Shown here: positions 39,737-55,648 of the stretch, one piece after another | Layout: the number at the start of each line of letters is the position of its first letter | Numbering within the stretch: the stretch's first letter is position 1 | Position numbers and translations under genes: made by a program | Source: Neoconidiobolus thromboides FSU 785 | Lineage: Eukaryota > Fungi > Entomophthoromycota | Assembly: GCA_025603075.1 (NCBI GenBank) | Contig: MU626339.1 | Span: 26,843-90,842, forward strand | Reading direction: 5' to 3' | DNA length: 64,000 nt | Notes under the pieces: generated by a model | Database searches by the model: none | The model's input: the letters and a program-made list of their open reading frames with translations, nothing else | Told to the model about the DNA's origin: nothing

Positions 39737-40958
39737 ATGAATGCAATCGAATATAAAAATTATATAAGAGTTCAAGTTTTTCCAAAGATATCATTGCTTT
39801 CCTTAGTTTTAGCGATTATAGTTGTATTAACTATGATAGCTTTCAGTAATAAACTATTGATATTGTATGTAAGTTATTAACTTTATTCTATAGCCATTTA
39901 TGATCGTAAGTTAGTGAACAGAGTGACTCTTAGATTACAAACTGTTATTGCATGTTATGATATTTGGTCACATTCTTTTCCATTATGGGCTAGAGAAAAT
40001 AGCAAAGAAGGAAACCCTCTATGTCTAGCTATTGCTTATCAAGTGTTTGCATTTCCTTTGTTTTATTCCTTCCTTAATGTTGCTATTGGGATCAACTTAC
40101 AGTTGGTATTTATTCATGGTATTTTTATAACAAAAAAAATTGAAGCTGGATACTATATTGGATCTATTTTACTTACTCTGTTAATTACTATCCCTCCACT
40201 TGGTATGATGTTTTTAATATTTTAAATTAGCATTAATTAGTATTTATTTAGCACTTGGGCTGCTTGGTTATAGTGAATTCAATCAATGTTATCTTACATC
40301 GAATGATGAACATTTCTCAAAGATGTTTGATTTCTATGCTGTCAATTTAGTAACTATCATTTGTATGGTTTATTTGTTTGGCATTGTAATATCAACTGCA
40401 GTAAAACTAAATAGTCAGACACAAATAGTTCAAAACTTTAGATTGTTCCGTGGGGCAAGAGCTTCGATTGATGCTGCCAGGAGCGTAAAAATCATGGGGT
40501 TCAGAATGTAAAAAGGTTAATCATTTTTAGAGCCAAAGCTAATGCTTATTTAATTTAGTTTGCTGTATCCAATAGTAATGATTGTTTCTAATATTGGATC
40601 GCTTGTAGCTCAAACCGCTTATGATCTTGCAGACAATAAAGCACCAGAATTAAAGGTCTTCTCTTATATTACACGTAGTGTATTGGGTACCCTCAATTTC
40701 GCTGCTTTCTTTTGTGACCCAACTGTACATTCGGCGTTTAGAAAATTATATTTAAGATGCACCACTAAATTAGAGTACCATAATAGCTTAGGTGACAAAG
40801 GTACGTAGTTCCTGTGTTATACAATTTCACTAACTCTTTTAGATGGTAACAGGCTCACTTATTCTGATATAATTAAGATTGAAAGCTCAGGTACAGATTC
40901 TACTATGAGTGAAGAAGAATATGATAGACAGCTTGAAAAATTTATCCAAACTCTTTAA
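39737..40958 (+). CDS. 7TM GPCR B (same family), 5 exons, divergent ICL3 and C-tail
   Basis: MNAIEYKNY start; introns at homologous positions; ends EKFIQTL-stop. Confidence 0.85.
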
Positions 40959-41728
40959 TCCAAGTCTTTTGTAGCAATAAATTTTGTTGGATTGATTCCA
41001 ATGTTTGAGCTAATTAATAGTAATATCTGTAACAATTTCATAGAAGAAATCCAAATCAAATCATTTTAACTATTTTTTCAAAAACATTTTATTATGTTAT
41101 TCAAAATGTTCTGATGCAAGTTCATGTATATTATAAAACGGTTAATTATTGATTGCAACACTATTAAAGAATTTACAGAATAATTTCATTTTTACAAATG
41201 AAAAAAGCTTACTGTTGCAATCAAGAACTATAATTTTTTACACACATAAATTTATACTGGAACATTTTGAATTCAAATACTCTATGCTTATTTTTGTTTT
41301 TGTTATAACTGCTACATTTATGATGAATAGTGTGAAATTTAGCTAACTCTGATTTCATAAAGGCCTTATTCAGATAACTGTTGTTTTTTTGACACAAAGA
41401 GCCGCAGTTAAAGTATAGAACTATAACATCAAATTATCTTCACACTAAAAAGTATTTACTATTGCTATTATGAATATTTGGATTTTTGACTGAAACTTAC
41501 AATCACTTACCAATGTCCTTATTTATATTGTGTAAATAATTATTGTTAAAAAGTTTCGAGGCAATCCTTATTATAGCTAATGACAGAGTGATGATACTAA
41601 AAATAATACATGAAGGTTCTATAGTTTACAATATTTTATAAATGCAAGAGCATAGCATAACTGATATTTATATAATAGATGAAGCTTATTTCTATAAAAT
41701 AAAACATAGATGGATTAGCCTACATATT

Positions 41729-41822
41729 GGTATGTCATTTTTTGTTTAAGAATTTCACTAACAAGTTTTTCACTGAATAGAATCCAAAAATATATAGCTA
41801 AATGAAACTAGAAAATGTCCCT
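41729..41822 (+). mobile_element. MITE copy, strongly degraded
   Basis: TTTTTTGTTTAAGAATTTCACTAACAAG core, ATGTCCC end. Confidence 0.55.
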
Positions 41823-42453
41823 TATTTAGTTTTTTTGGGGAATTTTTATAAATTCATAAAGTGCAAATTATGAAAGTAAGCTCTAACTTACTTTCAAAAA
41901 AAGATTGTATAATTTTCTATATATTCAAACATAAAATTCTATAAATAATTTCAATCAAGGTTTTAAACTTGCCTTTATGATTTTTTGAGAAATTCTTTAA
42001 TTGGGCTATATGTAGTAATGGGCCACAATATCAATTTTCTAAAATTATAAATTTAGGCATGGTCACATTGTTTTACTCAATAAGTATTAAATATCTTTTA
42101 GTATGCTACCAACTTTCAATCTATATAGGACATATTCTTATACATTATCTAGGTTTACCAAGCCTAGATATTTACAGAAATGACAGTTATGCATACCAGT
42201 ATTATATTAATACGATGTAGAGATTTTGAAACTTTAAAATTTTAAAATCATCAAAAAAGCTGAATAATTTGTTTAACAGTAATATGAAATTATTTTCCAA
42301 TATTATTAAAACAGGTTTTAAAGAGCAAGATAACAGGAACATTTACATTAACAAAACAAAAGTAATGTAAAAATACTTAGGGGAGAATACTATATAATGA
42401 AGTATATGTAGATAAAAAATGATTATCAGTTTAAATCCAAACATATCAATAAG

Positions 42454-43681
42454 ATGGATGCAACTGAATATAAAAATTATATAAGAGTTCAAGTTTTTCC
42501 AAAGATATCATTGCTTTCCTTAGTTTTAGCGATTATAGTTGTATTAACTATGATAGCTTTCAGTAATAAACTATTGATATTGTATGTAAGTTATTAACTT
42601 TATTCTATAGCCATTTATGATCGTAAGTTAGTGAACAGAGTGACTCTTAGATTACAAACTGTTATTGCATGTTATGATATTTGGTCACATTCTTTTCCAT
42701 TATGGGCTAGAGAAAATAGCAAAGAAGGAAACCCTCTATGTCTAGCTATTGCTTATCAAGTGTTTGCATTTCCTTTGTTTTATGCCTTCCTTAATGTTGC
42801 TATTGGAATCAACTTACAGTTGGTATTTATTCATGGTATTGATATAACAAAAAAAATTGAAGCTGGATACTATATTGGATCTATTTTACTTACTCTGTTA
42901 ATTACTATCCCTCCACTTGGTATGATGTTTTTAATATTTTAAATTAGCATTAATTAGTATTTATTTAGCACTTGGGCTGCTTGGTTATAGTGAATTCAAT
43001 CAATGTTATCTTACATCGAATGATGAACATTTCTCAAAGATGTTTGATTTCTATGCTGTCAATTTAGTAACTATCATTTGTATGGTTTATTTGTTTGGCA
43101 TTGTAGGCTTAGTTTTAATAAAACTGTTCCGAGGACACAATTTAATAAAAGAAAACCAAGTAGCAATTGATGCTAACAGATCATCTGAGATCCTTAAAAA
43201 TATTCGATTACTTGCTTCAAGAACGTAATGCTGGTTTTTATTTCTATGTATTTGAGCTAATTTAATTTAGTTTGCTGTATCCAATAGTAATGATTGTTTC
43301 TAATATTGGATCGCTTGTAGCTCAAACCACTTATGATCTTGCAGACAATAAAGCACCAGAATTAAAGGTCTTCTCTTATATTACACGTAGTGTATTGGGT
43401 ACCCTTAATTTCGTTGCTTTCTTTTGTGACCCAACTGTTCACCAAGCACTTAGAACTGTATACTTCAGAGTTATAAAGAAGCAAAATGACTCAGATAAAA
43501 TAAGTACAGTTATTTTGTAGCAAATCTAAATATATTAACCATTTTATTAGATTTCAATGATGATGCATTTGATTTAAAGGATATAGAAGCTAGTGACTTT
43601 AAGGATACTTCTAGCACTATTAACGATGAGGGAGAAGGGAGAAAGCCTATTCATTATTCTAAATTTATTAAGAACTTATAA
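42454..43681 (+). CDS. 7TM GPCR C (same family), 5 exons
   Basis: MDATEYKNY start; near-identical to B through TM5; last exon FNDDAFDLKDIE...YSKFIKNL-stop. Confidence 0.85.
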
Positions 43682-43748
43682 AAAAATTATTTTAGCTATA
43701 TTCCTTATAGTTATATTAATTTTTAATTTTTAAGTGATTATCTATATA

Positions 43749-43843
43749 GAGATATTTTCGATTTCATTACTTTCTCCATTTTTTAAGTGCCATTTAAGCG
43801 GAAAATTTGTTAATAAAATTCTTAAACACAAAAATACATCCCC
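43749..43843 (-). mobile_element. MITE copy just downstream of GPCR C
   Basis: TTCATTACTTT..TAAGTGCCATTTAAGCGG..ATACATCCCC-ATAT. Confidence 0.85.
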
Positions 43844-44005
43844 ATATATACTTGTTAATATTTTCGATTTTTTCTACACTTTATTATTTATTACTATTTT
43901 ATTATTTTATTATTTCATTATTTATTATTTTTATCTTTTTATATTTTTCACTTTATTTACATTTTTATTCAACAAATCATTCAAAATAATTATTTTTTAT
44001 AATAT

Positions 44006-44103
44006 GGGAGTGTTTTTTTTGACTTCATTATTTTTTCCATTTTTTAAGTGGTATTTGAGCGGAAAATTTGTTAGTAAATTCTTAAATACAAAAGTACATC
44101 CCC
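44006..44103 (-). mobile_element. MITE copy
   Basis: ATAT-GGGAGTGT...ACATCCCC-ATAT. Confidence 0.85.
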
Positions 44104-44703
44104 ATATGAATAATAATCTAATAAATACTACTTAAATTACAATAATAAAAAACCAAAAAAATGAAACATTTAGACTATTCAAGGGTGCTTTTTAAATTTT
44201 CTTATAAATTGATTATTTTTATATAATATAAAAATAAAATTAAAACATTTTGACTATTTGACTTTGAAAGCTACTATTGATTCGATTTAAATGTAAATTG
44301 GGTATTTTCAGCTTTGTATCTGTAATTTTACCGTGGCAAAATTTTCTATTTTTGTATGAGTAATTATAAAACTAAAATGCCCAATCCATATTTAATTTGT
44401 ATCAGAGTCAATAGAAAACTTAAGTCAAAGATTTTTAAAAATTCAACCAAGTTTTTGAACTTTATTTAAAAAATGTAAAAATTAAGTTTATTATTAATAT
44501 AAGGAGTCATTAAATAAACATATGGTTCTATTTAATAACTTTATTAATAAATTTATTAAATAAAACAATTAGGCTATATAATATTAAAATGTTTGTACTT
44601 TCTATATTTTAGTAGTCCACTTCACTATAAAGTGGGTAAAAGCAACATATCAAAGAAAGCTAAGAAGCTAAAAAACCGTCAAACAGGCTAAATTAAAACG
44701 TAG

Positions 44704-44848
44704 CCAATGAAATTCTTCTGGCTAAAAATGAACCCTGTATGGCTTTCAAAGAAGAATGACTAATTATCATTTTCATTTAGAACGTGTGAAACATTTGAGT
44801 TAACCAATAGCTGATAGGGTTTAATTTTCATCTGCTTCATTTCATTGG
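44704..44848. promoter_or_regulatory. Three CCAAT boxes upstream of AAT (44704, 44804, reverse 44844)
   Basis: AGCCAATGA, AACCAATAG and reverse AACCAATGA within 230 nt of the ATG. Confidence 0.35.
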
Positions 44849-44924
44849 TTTTATTTAAGGTTACGTTGAATCATTTATTTTTTAATTCAGTTTTTTAATA
44901 AAAAATAAAAATAAAAATATAAAT

Positions 44925-46739
44925 ATGAGTAACAATAATACTACCCCTAACAATCGTTTAAACCAACTTTCAAATCAATTAAATAAAATGTCAAAAGAAT
45001 CAAGTAAGTATATTATTAATATCATAATAGAATAGAATAGGATACAAATATCTATATCACTATTCGTATACAAAGTCACATATCATAATAGAATACGCTC
45101 TTTTTGATATTTGAATACATCTTAAAACGACAATAGATTCTAATCATAAATCATTTCAATTTAGTTTTCGAAAACATTCCAACTGCTCCACCAGATGCAA
45201 TCTTTAATTTAGTCAATAGTTATAGAGCCGATACTGCTGATTTTAAAGTCAACTTATCCGTCGGAGCTTATCGTACTGATAAAGGTGAACCTTGGATTTT
45301 ACCTGTAGTTGCTAAAGTAAGTATTTGAAAAGAACAATAATCAGTAATAAGAAAAAGATATTAAACTATGGTTTTTTTTCTAATAGGCAGAAAAGGAAAT
45401 TATTAATGATCCAAAAAGCGATCATGAATATTTAGGTATTGAAGGTTTAGCCTCTTTTACTGAAGCTGCTGTACGTTTGCTCTTAGGTGATAATAGCCAA
45501 GCTATTAAAGATAAACGTGTAAGTTTATTGATTATTATTGTTTTAATGTTTTAATAATATTTTACCTATTGATAGTATGCTACTGTACAAACAGTTTCTG
45601 GTACTGGTGCTAATTCTACTTTTGCTGCTTTTTGTCAAACTTTTTATAAGAAATCAATTTTGGTTTCTTCTCCAACTTGGGGTAAGTCAAAGCCATTTAA
45701 TTTAACATTGTCAAACTAACATATTTCTTATTTAAAAAGGTAACCACCATAACATTTTTACTAGTGCTGGATTAGAAGTAGTCAACTATCCTTATTTTGA
45801 TAAAGAAACTAGAGGATTAGATTTCAATGGTATGACTAAAGCTATTGAATCAGCTCAAGATGGTTCTATTGTACTTTTACATGCATGTGCCCATAATCCA
45901 ACTGGTGTTGACCCAACTCGCCAACAATGGGAAAAAATTGCAAGTTTAATAGAAACTAAAAAGCATTTAACATTCTTCGATTGTGCTTATCAAGGATTTG
46001 CTAGTGGTGATGTTGAAAATGATGCTTGGGCTATTCAACATTTTGTTAATCGTGGTTTGGAAGTTTTCATTGCTCAATCTTTTGCTAAAAATTTTGGCTT
46101 ATATGGTAAGTACCAAGAAACATTTGTTAACAATGGTATATTAATTATTTGAAAGGTCAACGTTGTGGTGCTTTAACTGCTGTTACTAGAACTAGCTCAG
46201 CTGCTGATAAAGTATTATCTCAACTTAAAAAAATATCTAGAGCTACTATATCTAATCCACCTAAACATGGTGCTAGAATTGTATCTAAGGTATTAAATGA
46301 TCCAACCCTTAAAAAAGAATGGTAAGTTTTAAGTTATATATTGTATAAAGAACGAGTTTTATTAAGTTTTGGTATATAGGTTTGATAATCTTAAAGAAAT
46401 GTCAGGACGTATTGCTTTAATGCGTAAGGAAGTTTATGATAAATTAATTGAATTAAAAACACCAGGTACTTGGGAGCATATTATTAATCAAATTGGTATG
46501 TTTTCATTTACTGGATTGAATGGTAAGTCTCTTATTAATATTCTTAATAACATTTTTGTTGTATTAAATATTTGTTTAATTTATTAATTTAATTTATTAT
46601 AGCTAACCATGCCAAATATTTAAAAGAAAAATACCATATTTATTTAGCTGATAATGGACGTATCTCTATGGCTGGTTTAAATTCTTCTAATGTTGTTTAT
46701 TTTGCTAAAGCTATTGATGATGCTGTTCGTAATTGTTAA
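44925..46739 (+). CDS. AAT2: Aspartate aminotransferase (cytosolic type) with N-terminal PTS2-like extension, multi-exon
   Basis: [93 protein letters not shown]. Confidence 0.93.
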
Positions 46740-47416
46740 GTTATTAAACTTTTATAAATTTTTAGATTAATTTTATTGTTTTTGATTGTTTTTTTAACTT
46801 CAATTTTATTTAAAAATTAACTAACTTAAGATTACATAATTAATTTAAGAATGGCGTTATTGAATTCTGCTCAATTTTCAAAAGTGGTAAATTTAAAAAT
46901 ATTTAATTTATAATGAAATATAAAAAAATGATTAAATCTTGTTTATACTAATACTTCTGATTAATAAGTGAAATAAAGTATTGCTGTTATTATTATTGTT
47001 ATTATAATACAAAAGCATGATTGTTATGTTATTTTTTTACACTTTATAATAATTAATACTTTATATTAGTCAAACTTATAAATAGATCAATATCCTATTT
47101 TTACATCAAATTGTTATTATTGATATCTTTTTTGTTATAGTAATAATATATTGTCCTACTCATATCATAATTAAATAACCATAATACCTTTTCTTTTCAA
47201 TACATCTACTATATAAAACACTAATAATGACTCAACTCAATAGAAACTACGCGATTAACTAAAAGATCTAAATAGCCGAGCTGCGTAAAAAAAACAGCTA
47301 ATTTGAATTTTTTAAAAATTAATGTAACAAATCAAACCCACTTAACAAATCATCAGAAAATTCAGGGTAATAAACAAATCAAAATTTAGTATAAAACCCA
47401 ACCAATTTATTCTTTT

Positions 47417-50699
<3,283 letters not shown>

Positions 50700-50810
50700 A
50701 TAAACAAATATTATTTTATAAAGAAATAAAAAACAAAATATAAAATTGTAAGAAAATACGAAATAAGATTATGATTGATGTTAATTGTAGATTATTTATT
50801 TTGTTATATT

Positions 50811-52277
50811 TTATTCTAATTTTAATTGATCTAATTGGTGAATTATACTTTTGATTAGATTACTGTCTTCTTTATCATACCGTGATAATAATTCATTTAA
50901 TAAATCCATTCTTATATTGCTATCTTTATCATTTACTTTCAATATTATTTCTTTATCATTTGAATTTATTTGTTTGCTTTCATCATCTAAATTTACTTGT
51001 TCATTTTCATTTTTATCCTCCCTCAACTCATTCTGTTTATTTTCATTGATACCATCCTCTAAATCGTTTTGCTTACTTCCATTTATCTTCTCCTCAGCCT
51101 CTGTCTTCCTCTCTTTATTTTCAATTTCCTCCTTTTTTTCATTCCCATTGAAGTCCTTTTTCCTCAAATTAACATCTAAATCAAAAAAGATCTTTATTAG
51201 TTTTCATATCATATAATAACAATATAATTTTATTTACCTTCTAATTTTAATTTACATAAAAATTTAACTAATAAATACCTTACTTCGAAAGTTTTATCAT
51301 TAACTAATCGTGCTAAATTAGGTAAAAAAAACTGTTCAAAGATGGATTGATCAAAATAAACTTGTTGAATTTTCTCACATATAAGAATATATCTATTATA
51401 AAAATAATAAAATAAATTGACATCTTAAATAATAAAATAGTATAAGGATAGAAATAAAACTTACAATTGCCTATTATAATAACTTTTGGAATGTAACAAA
51501 TCATTTAAAAGATCAAAAAAATAAACCCATAAAGAAGATTCATTTTCTAAATTTAGATGCACTTTTTCATAAATGGATGGTATCTAAAATAACATAAAAA
51601 AATATTATTATACAATAAATTATAAATTCAACTACTAATATACTATCATTTATCATAGTATATTATTATTTTATTTAATTCTATATTATTAAAATTAATT
51701 ATTATAAAAACTTACTAATTCTACAATCCAATATCGAATTTCTTTAGGTTGTTTCAAACTGGCATTATTTAATAACATAGGTAATAACTGAAGTACCGTA
51801 AATTGATTCTTTAATAATGGGATAAATTGAGATAATTGTCTAGTTTAAAAAATAAAAGATAAGAAATAATTATATAATTATATTAATTACTATATTATTA
51901 TAGTATTAAGAATAAAAACTTACTTTATAATTTGTTTTTTAATTCTCCAATCTTTAATATAATCATTATCAACAGTTAAATAATAATTCATTAAATTAAT
52001 TATTAATTTTAAGATTCTTTCTTTTTCTTTTTCAGTAATTTTTTTATATAATTCAATACTATTTATCATTATTTTAAATTTTATCTATTTTAAACAAAAA
52101 CAATTTGTATTAATAAAGTATTATAACTGTATTAATATTCTTACCTCATCTTCATTATAATTAATTAATCTTTCAAAGATTGGTAATAAATCTTTATTCA
52201 CTTGTTCATTAGTTAATAATTTGACAATTTCATGAAATGAAGAAGCAAATATTGTTAATATTTGTAACTAAAAGTAG

Positions 52278-52315
<38 letters not shown>

Positions 52316-54164
52316 GATTCCTCTACTTACTTCTTTATCTTTTGATAAATATTGATAATAAGTTACTAATTTATCCCAATTTTTATTTCCCATTGATAAT
52401 AGTACAGCTAAATAAATAAATATTAACTTATAATAATATATTTATTATTTCAACTTACCAGGAAAATGAACGATAGAACCTAATCTTAATTCAAATTTAG
52501 AAGATTTACAATTTGATAGATATTTTTTAAGTAAACTTTCAGTTATCTAAATACATTAATAAATCTATAATAACATTATATTTGTATTTAGTAAACTTAC
52601 GTTATTTTGATTATTAAATAAATAAATAAATCGACCAATTAAATAATTGGCTTGATTATTGACTTTATTAGAATTATCTTTTAATAATAATTCAAATAAA
52701 TTAATCATTTTTAATGAATATCCTTCAATACCAATCATAGTTTCACTTATTTCAACTAATAAATCTAATGTTTCATAACGTACTTCATATACTTCATCTT
52801 TACATAATGACTCCAATAAAGGATACTAATTTATATTAATATTAATATTAACATTAATTTATATTATAATTTACAATTCTATGAATTAATATATCCATTT
52901 TTAATAATTTAAAAAAAGATTTTAAACTTATTGCTAACTCCTAATATTAAAATATTAATCAATTATTAATTATTATGTTTAATGAAATTACTTTTCTAAT
53001 TTCATAATTAGTTTCATGAATTAAATTTTCTAGTGTTGGTAATAAAACTTCAATTAAAGTTTGTAATTTAAATACAGAAAATAGAGGTGTTAAAATCTAA
53101 GATAAAGTAAAGATATTAACCTCATATTTCATTATACTAGATAATTCAAATTCTTACCTTCAATACTTTAATTTTAATAGTATTTTGACTACAATCGATA
53201 TACTGATTGAGATCAAATTTAAAATTACAAGCTAATAAATTAATTAATATAGGCAATAATTCCAATTCAAAACAATTTAAATCCATTAATTTTAGGAAAC
53301 TAGTAATTGCCAATTCACTTTTTTCACTCAAATTACTTTCCTGAGAAAATAATGTAACTCCTAATAATTGAACCATACTCTCTTCATCCATTTTTAATTT
53401 CTCACTGTTTTTAAACGGTATCTATTGAATAATCATATAAATTTATTAACTATTATCTAACTATTATCTACTACCTCATAAAAAAATAACAATATTTGAT
53501 CCAAACTTTCGATTAAACTTTCCCTTACTGCCAAGACTAAAATTGCTTTATTAACCTATAATCAAAATAATTCAATAAAAGACCCTTACTATCATCCTGA
53601 CATAATCTTAATGTTAACGGAAACACATAAGCAAATGCTTGTTCTAAAGTTAATTCATTTAACAACTTGGGTATCTGAGTACAAATCCAAATCCTCCTGT
53701 AAAAATTAAAATCTTTATTAACTTTTATTCATATAGAATAATTTGATAATAATAATAATTCACCTAGGCGCTGCGTTAGCACTAACACATAAAAATAATT
53801 TTTCCAAGGCTGGTAATTCAGCTAATGTTATAAATTCTAAATCTTCCGCTAAAAATATTGATTTGTTAGAATCCATCACATTTGCAACTTCAAACATTTC
53901 AAATAAATTTACCATATTTATACCGAATTCCAGTAGGAAATGTATCCAATTCAAACTCATTTGATGGTGGTAATGGGGGTAAGGATTTGTCTTCTGTTAT
54001 CACTGTTTTTTCTTCAATTTCACTATATTTAAATAAACAATCGCCTTCTTCTTCAATAATAGCTTCATCTTCATCTTCATAAAAGTTTAATCCCAAGTCT
54101 ATAGAAGATTAGTTGATGTTTGAACAAAAGAGCGGGTAAAATAAAAGAGCTTATTACCTGCCAT
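50811..54164 (-). CDS. HEAT-repeat protein similar to protein phosphatase 4 regulatory subunit 1 (PPP4R1-like), many exons
   Basis: Spliced start MADLGLNFYEDEDE; HEAT motifs LCKDEVYEVRYETL, HFPAVLLSMGNKIWDKL, SKDKEVSVR, ASSFHEIVKLL, LLPIFERL...EDEV; acidic/K-rich tail. Confidence 0.75.
52281..52312. repeat. (ATT)n microsatellite in an intron of the PPP4R1-like gene
   Basis: About 10 perfect ATT units. Confidence 0.9.
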
Positions 54165-55392
54165 GATTCCTTTTTATAAATTTTTAAGAAACTTTTGAAA
54201 ATAGAAAAGGGTCTTGGAAAATTTAATCAATTGAAAATATGTTCCGCTTTTTTCTAAGTTTTCGAAAATGGATAGAATTTAAGAACAGAAAATTTAATGT
54301 TTTTCTTTTTCTGGTTTATCATAATTAATAAAGTGTCATTTGATTGCCCATGGTTACTATGAAATATTAGTAGTTTAATTTTTAAATTGATACTTTTTGA
54401 ATTTTATGTGTTCGCGTATACTCTGAGTCTATTAAAATTAATATAAAAAATGAGACAATTTACTTATAAAGTATATACATTTTAACTAATAATTAAGTAT
54501 AACATTAGTTGTAGGTTTATTTTTTAAGAATTCATAAAAGGCTTGAACTTCGAAATACTTGACTTGACTAACAAATTAATAAAAAAGAAATTGAATAATC
54601 TCAAGCATATAATTGATAAGGATTTCCAATAAACAGTATATATTGTAAACTTTTAATAAGCTTATGATATCAAATAGAATTTATTCCTTCTATTTAATCA
54701 ATAATAATGTTATAATTGTCTTTAAGCCTTCATTTTCCATATCATTTAAATCAAATGCGTCATATTATAATCTAACAACTTCTACTCAATATATTTATAA
54801 ATACTATAAAACAGTGTTATCTATTTTATATAATTAACCTTGTCTATCGACTTTAAAGTATATACTTTTAAATGCTTGATGGATAGTCAGATTAGAAAAG
54901 AGGGCAGTGAAGTTAAGTATGCCTATTGAAATAACTGTAATACGAGAGAATTTTTAACTCTAGTGCTTGAATGTTTCCAAGATCGTAAGCCGATCGGCCT
55001 ATAGCTGCTCCAGTATTACCAATGATCCTTAGTATTGGATATAACAAGCTAAAAAAAAAGTTTAAATAAATGAAAATACAGTAATTATTATGTTCTTGAG
55101 GCAAGCAATTGAATATTCCTAAGCATTTTAGCTGATTTACTGACATCAATAGCTACTTGATTTTTTTATTATATTATGAATGTGGAGTAGTTCTGTTAAA
55201 GCTAGAGCTACAACAACCAATAAACAAGCTACAAAAATAATGTTTGCTAGCGACTAGCAAAAAAACCAAACATTTTAGAATAGTGCTCGTTATTCGATGT
55301 AAGATGATATCCCTGAAAATCACTATGTTCGAGTACCCCGTTTACTAAATGGACTTTTTTTAATATCAAGTTCATACATACAATAATAATAT

Positions 55393-55490
55393 GTGAATGT
55401 ATTTTTTCGTTTAAGAATTTTGCTGATGATCTTTCCACTCAAATAGTGCTTAAAAATGGAAAAAGTGATGAAGGCAAAAAAAACATCCCC
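55393..55490 (+). mobile_element. MITE copy inside GPCR D pseudogene
   Basis: ATAT-GTGAATGT...ACATCCCC-ATAT. Confidence 0.85.
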
Positions 55491-55550
55491 ATATACTAAG
55501 TGGTAGGATAGCAACTAAGAGAGTAAACAAAATAGACCCAATATAATATA

Positions 55551-55648
55551 AGGGTGTTGTTTCTGGCTTCATCACTTTTCCCATCTTTCAAGCGCTATTT
55601 AGATGGAGAAATTATTAGTAAAATTATTAGATACAAAAATACATCCCC
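55551..55648 (-). mobile_element. MITE copy inside GPCR D pseudogene
   Basis: AGGGTGTTG...ATACATCCCC-ATAT. Confidence 0.8.

Noticed and set aside
45004-45164. Unusually long AAT intron 1 as a possible snoRNA host
   Set aside because: No convincing C/D or H/ACA boxes seen; only short ATCATAATAGAATA repeats
50851-54082. Plus-strand ORFs 50851, 53743, 53882
   Set aside because: Antisense to PPP4R1-like exons
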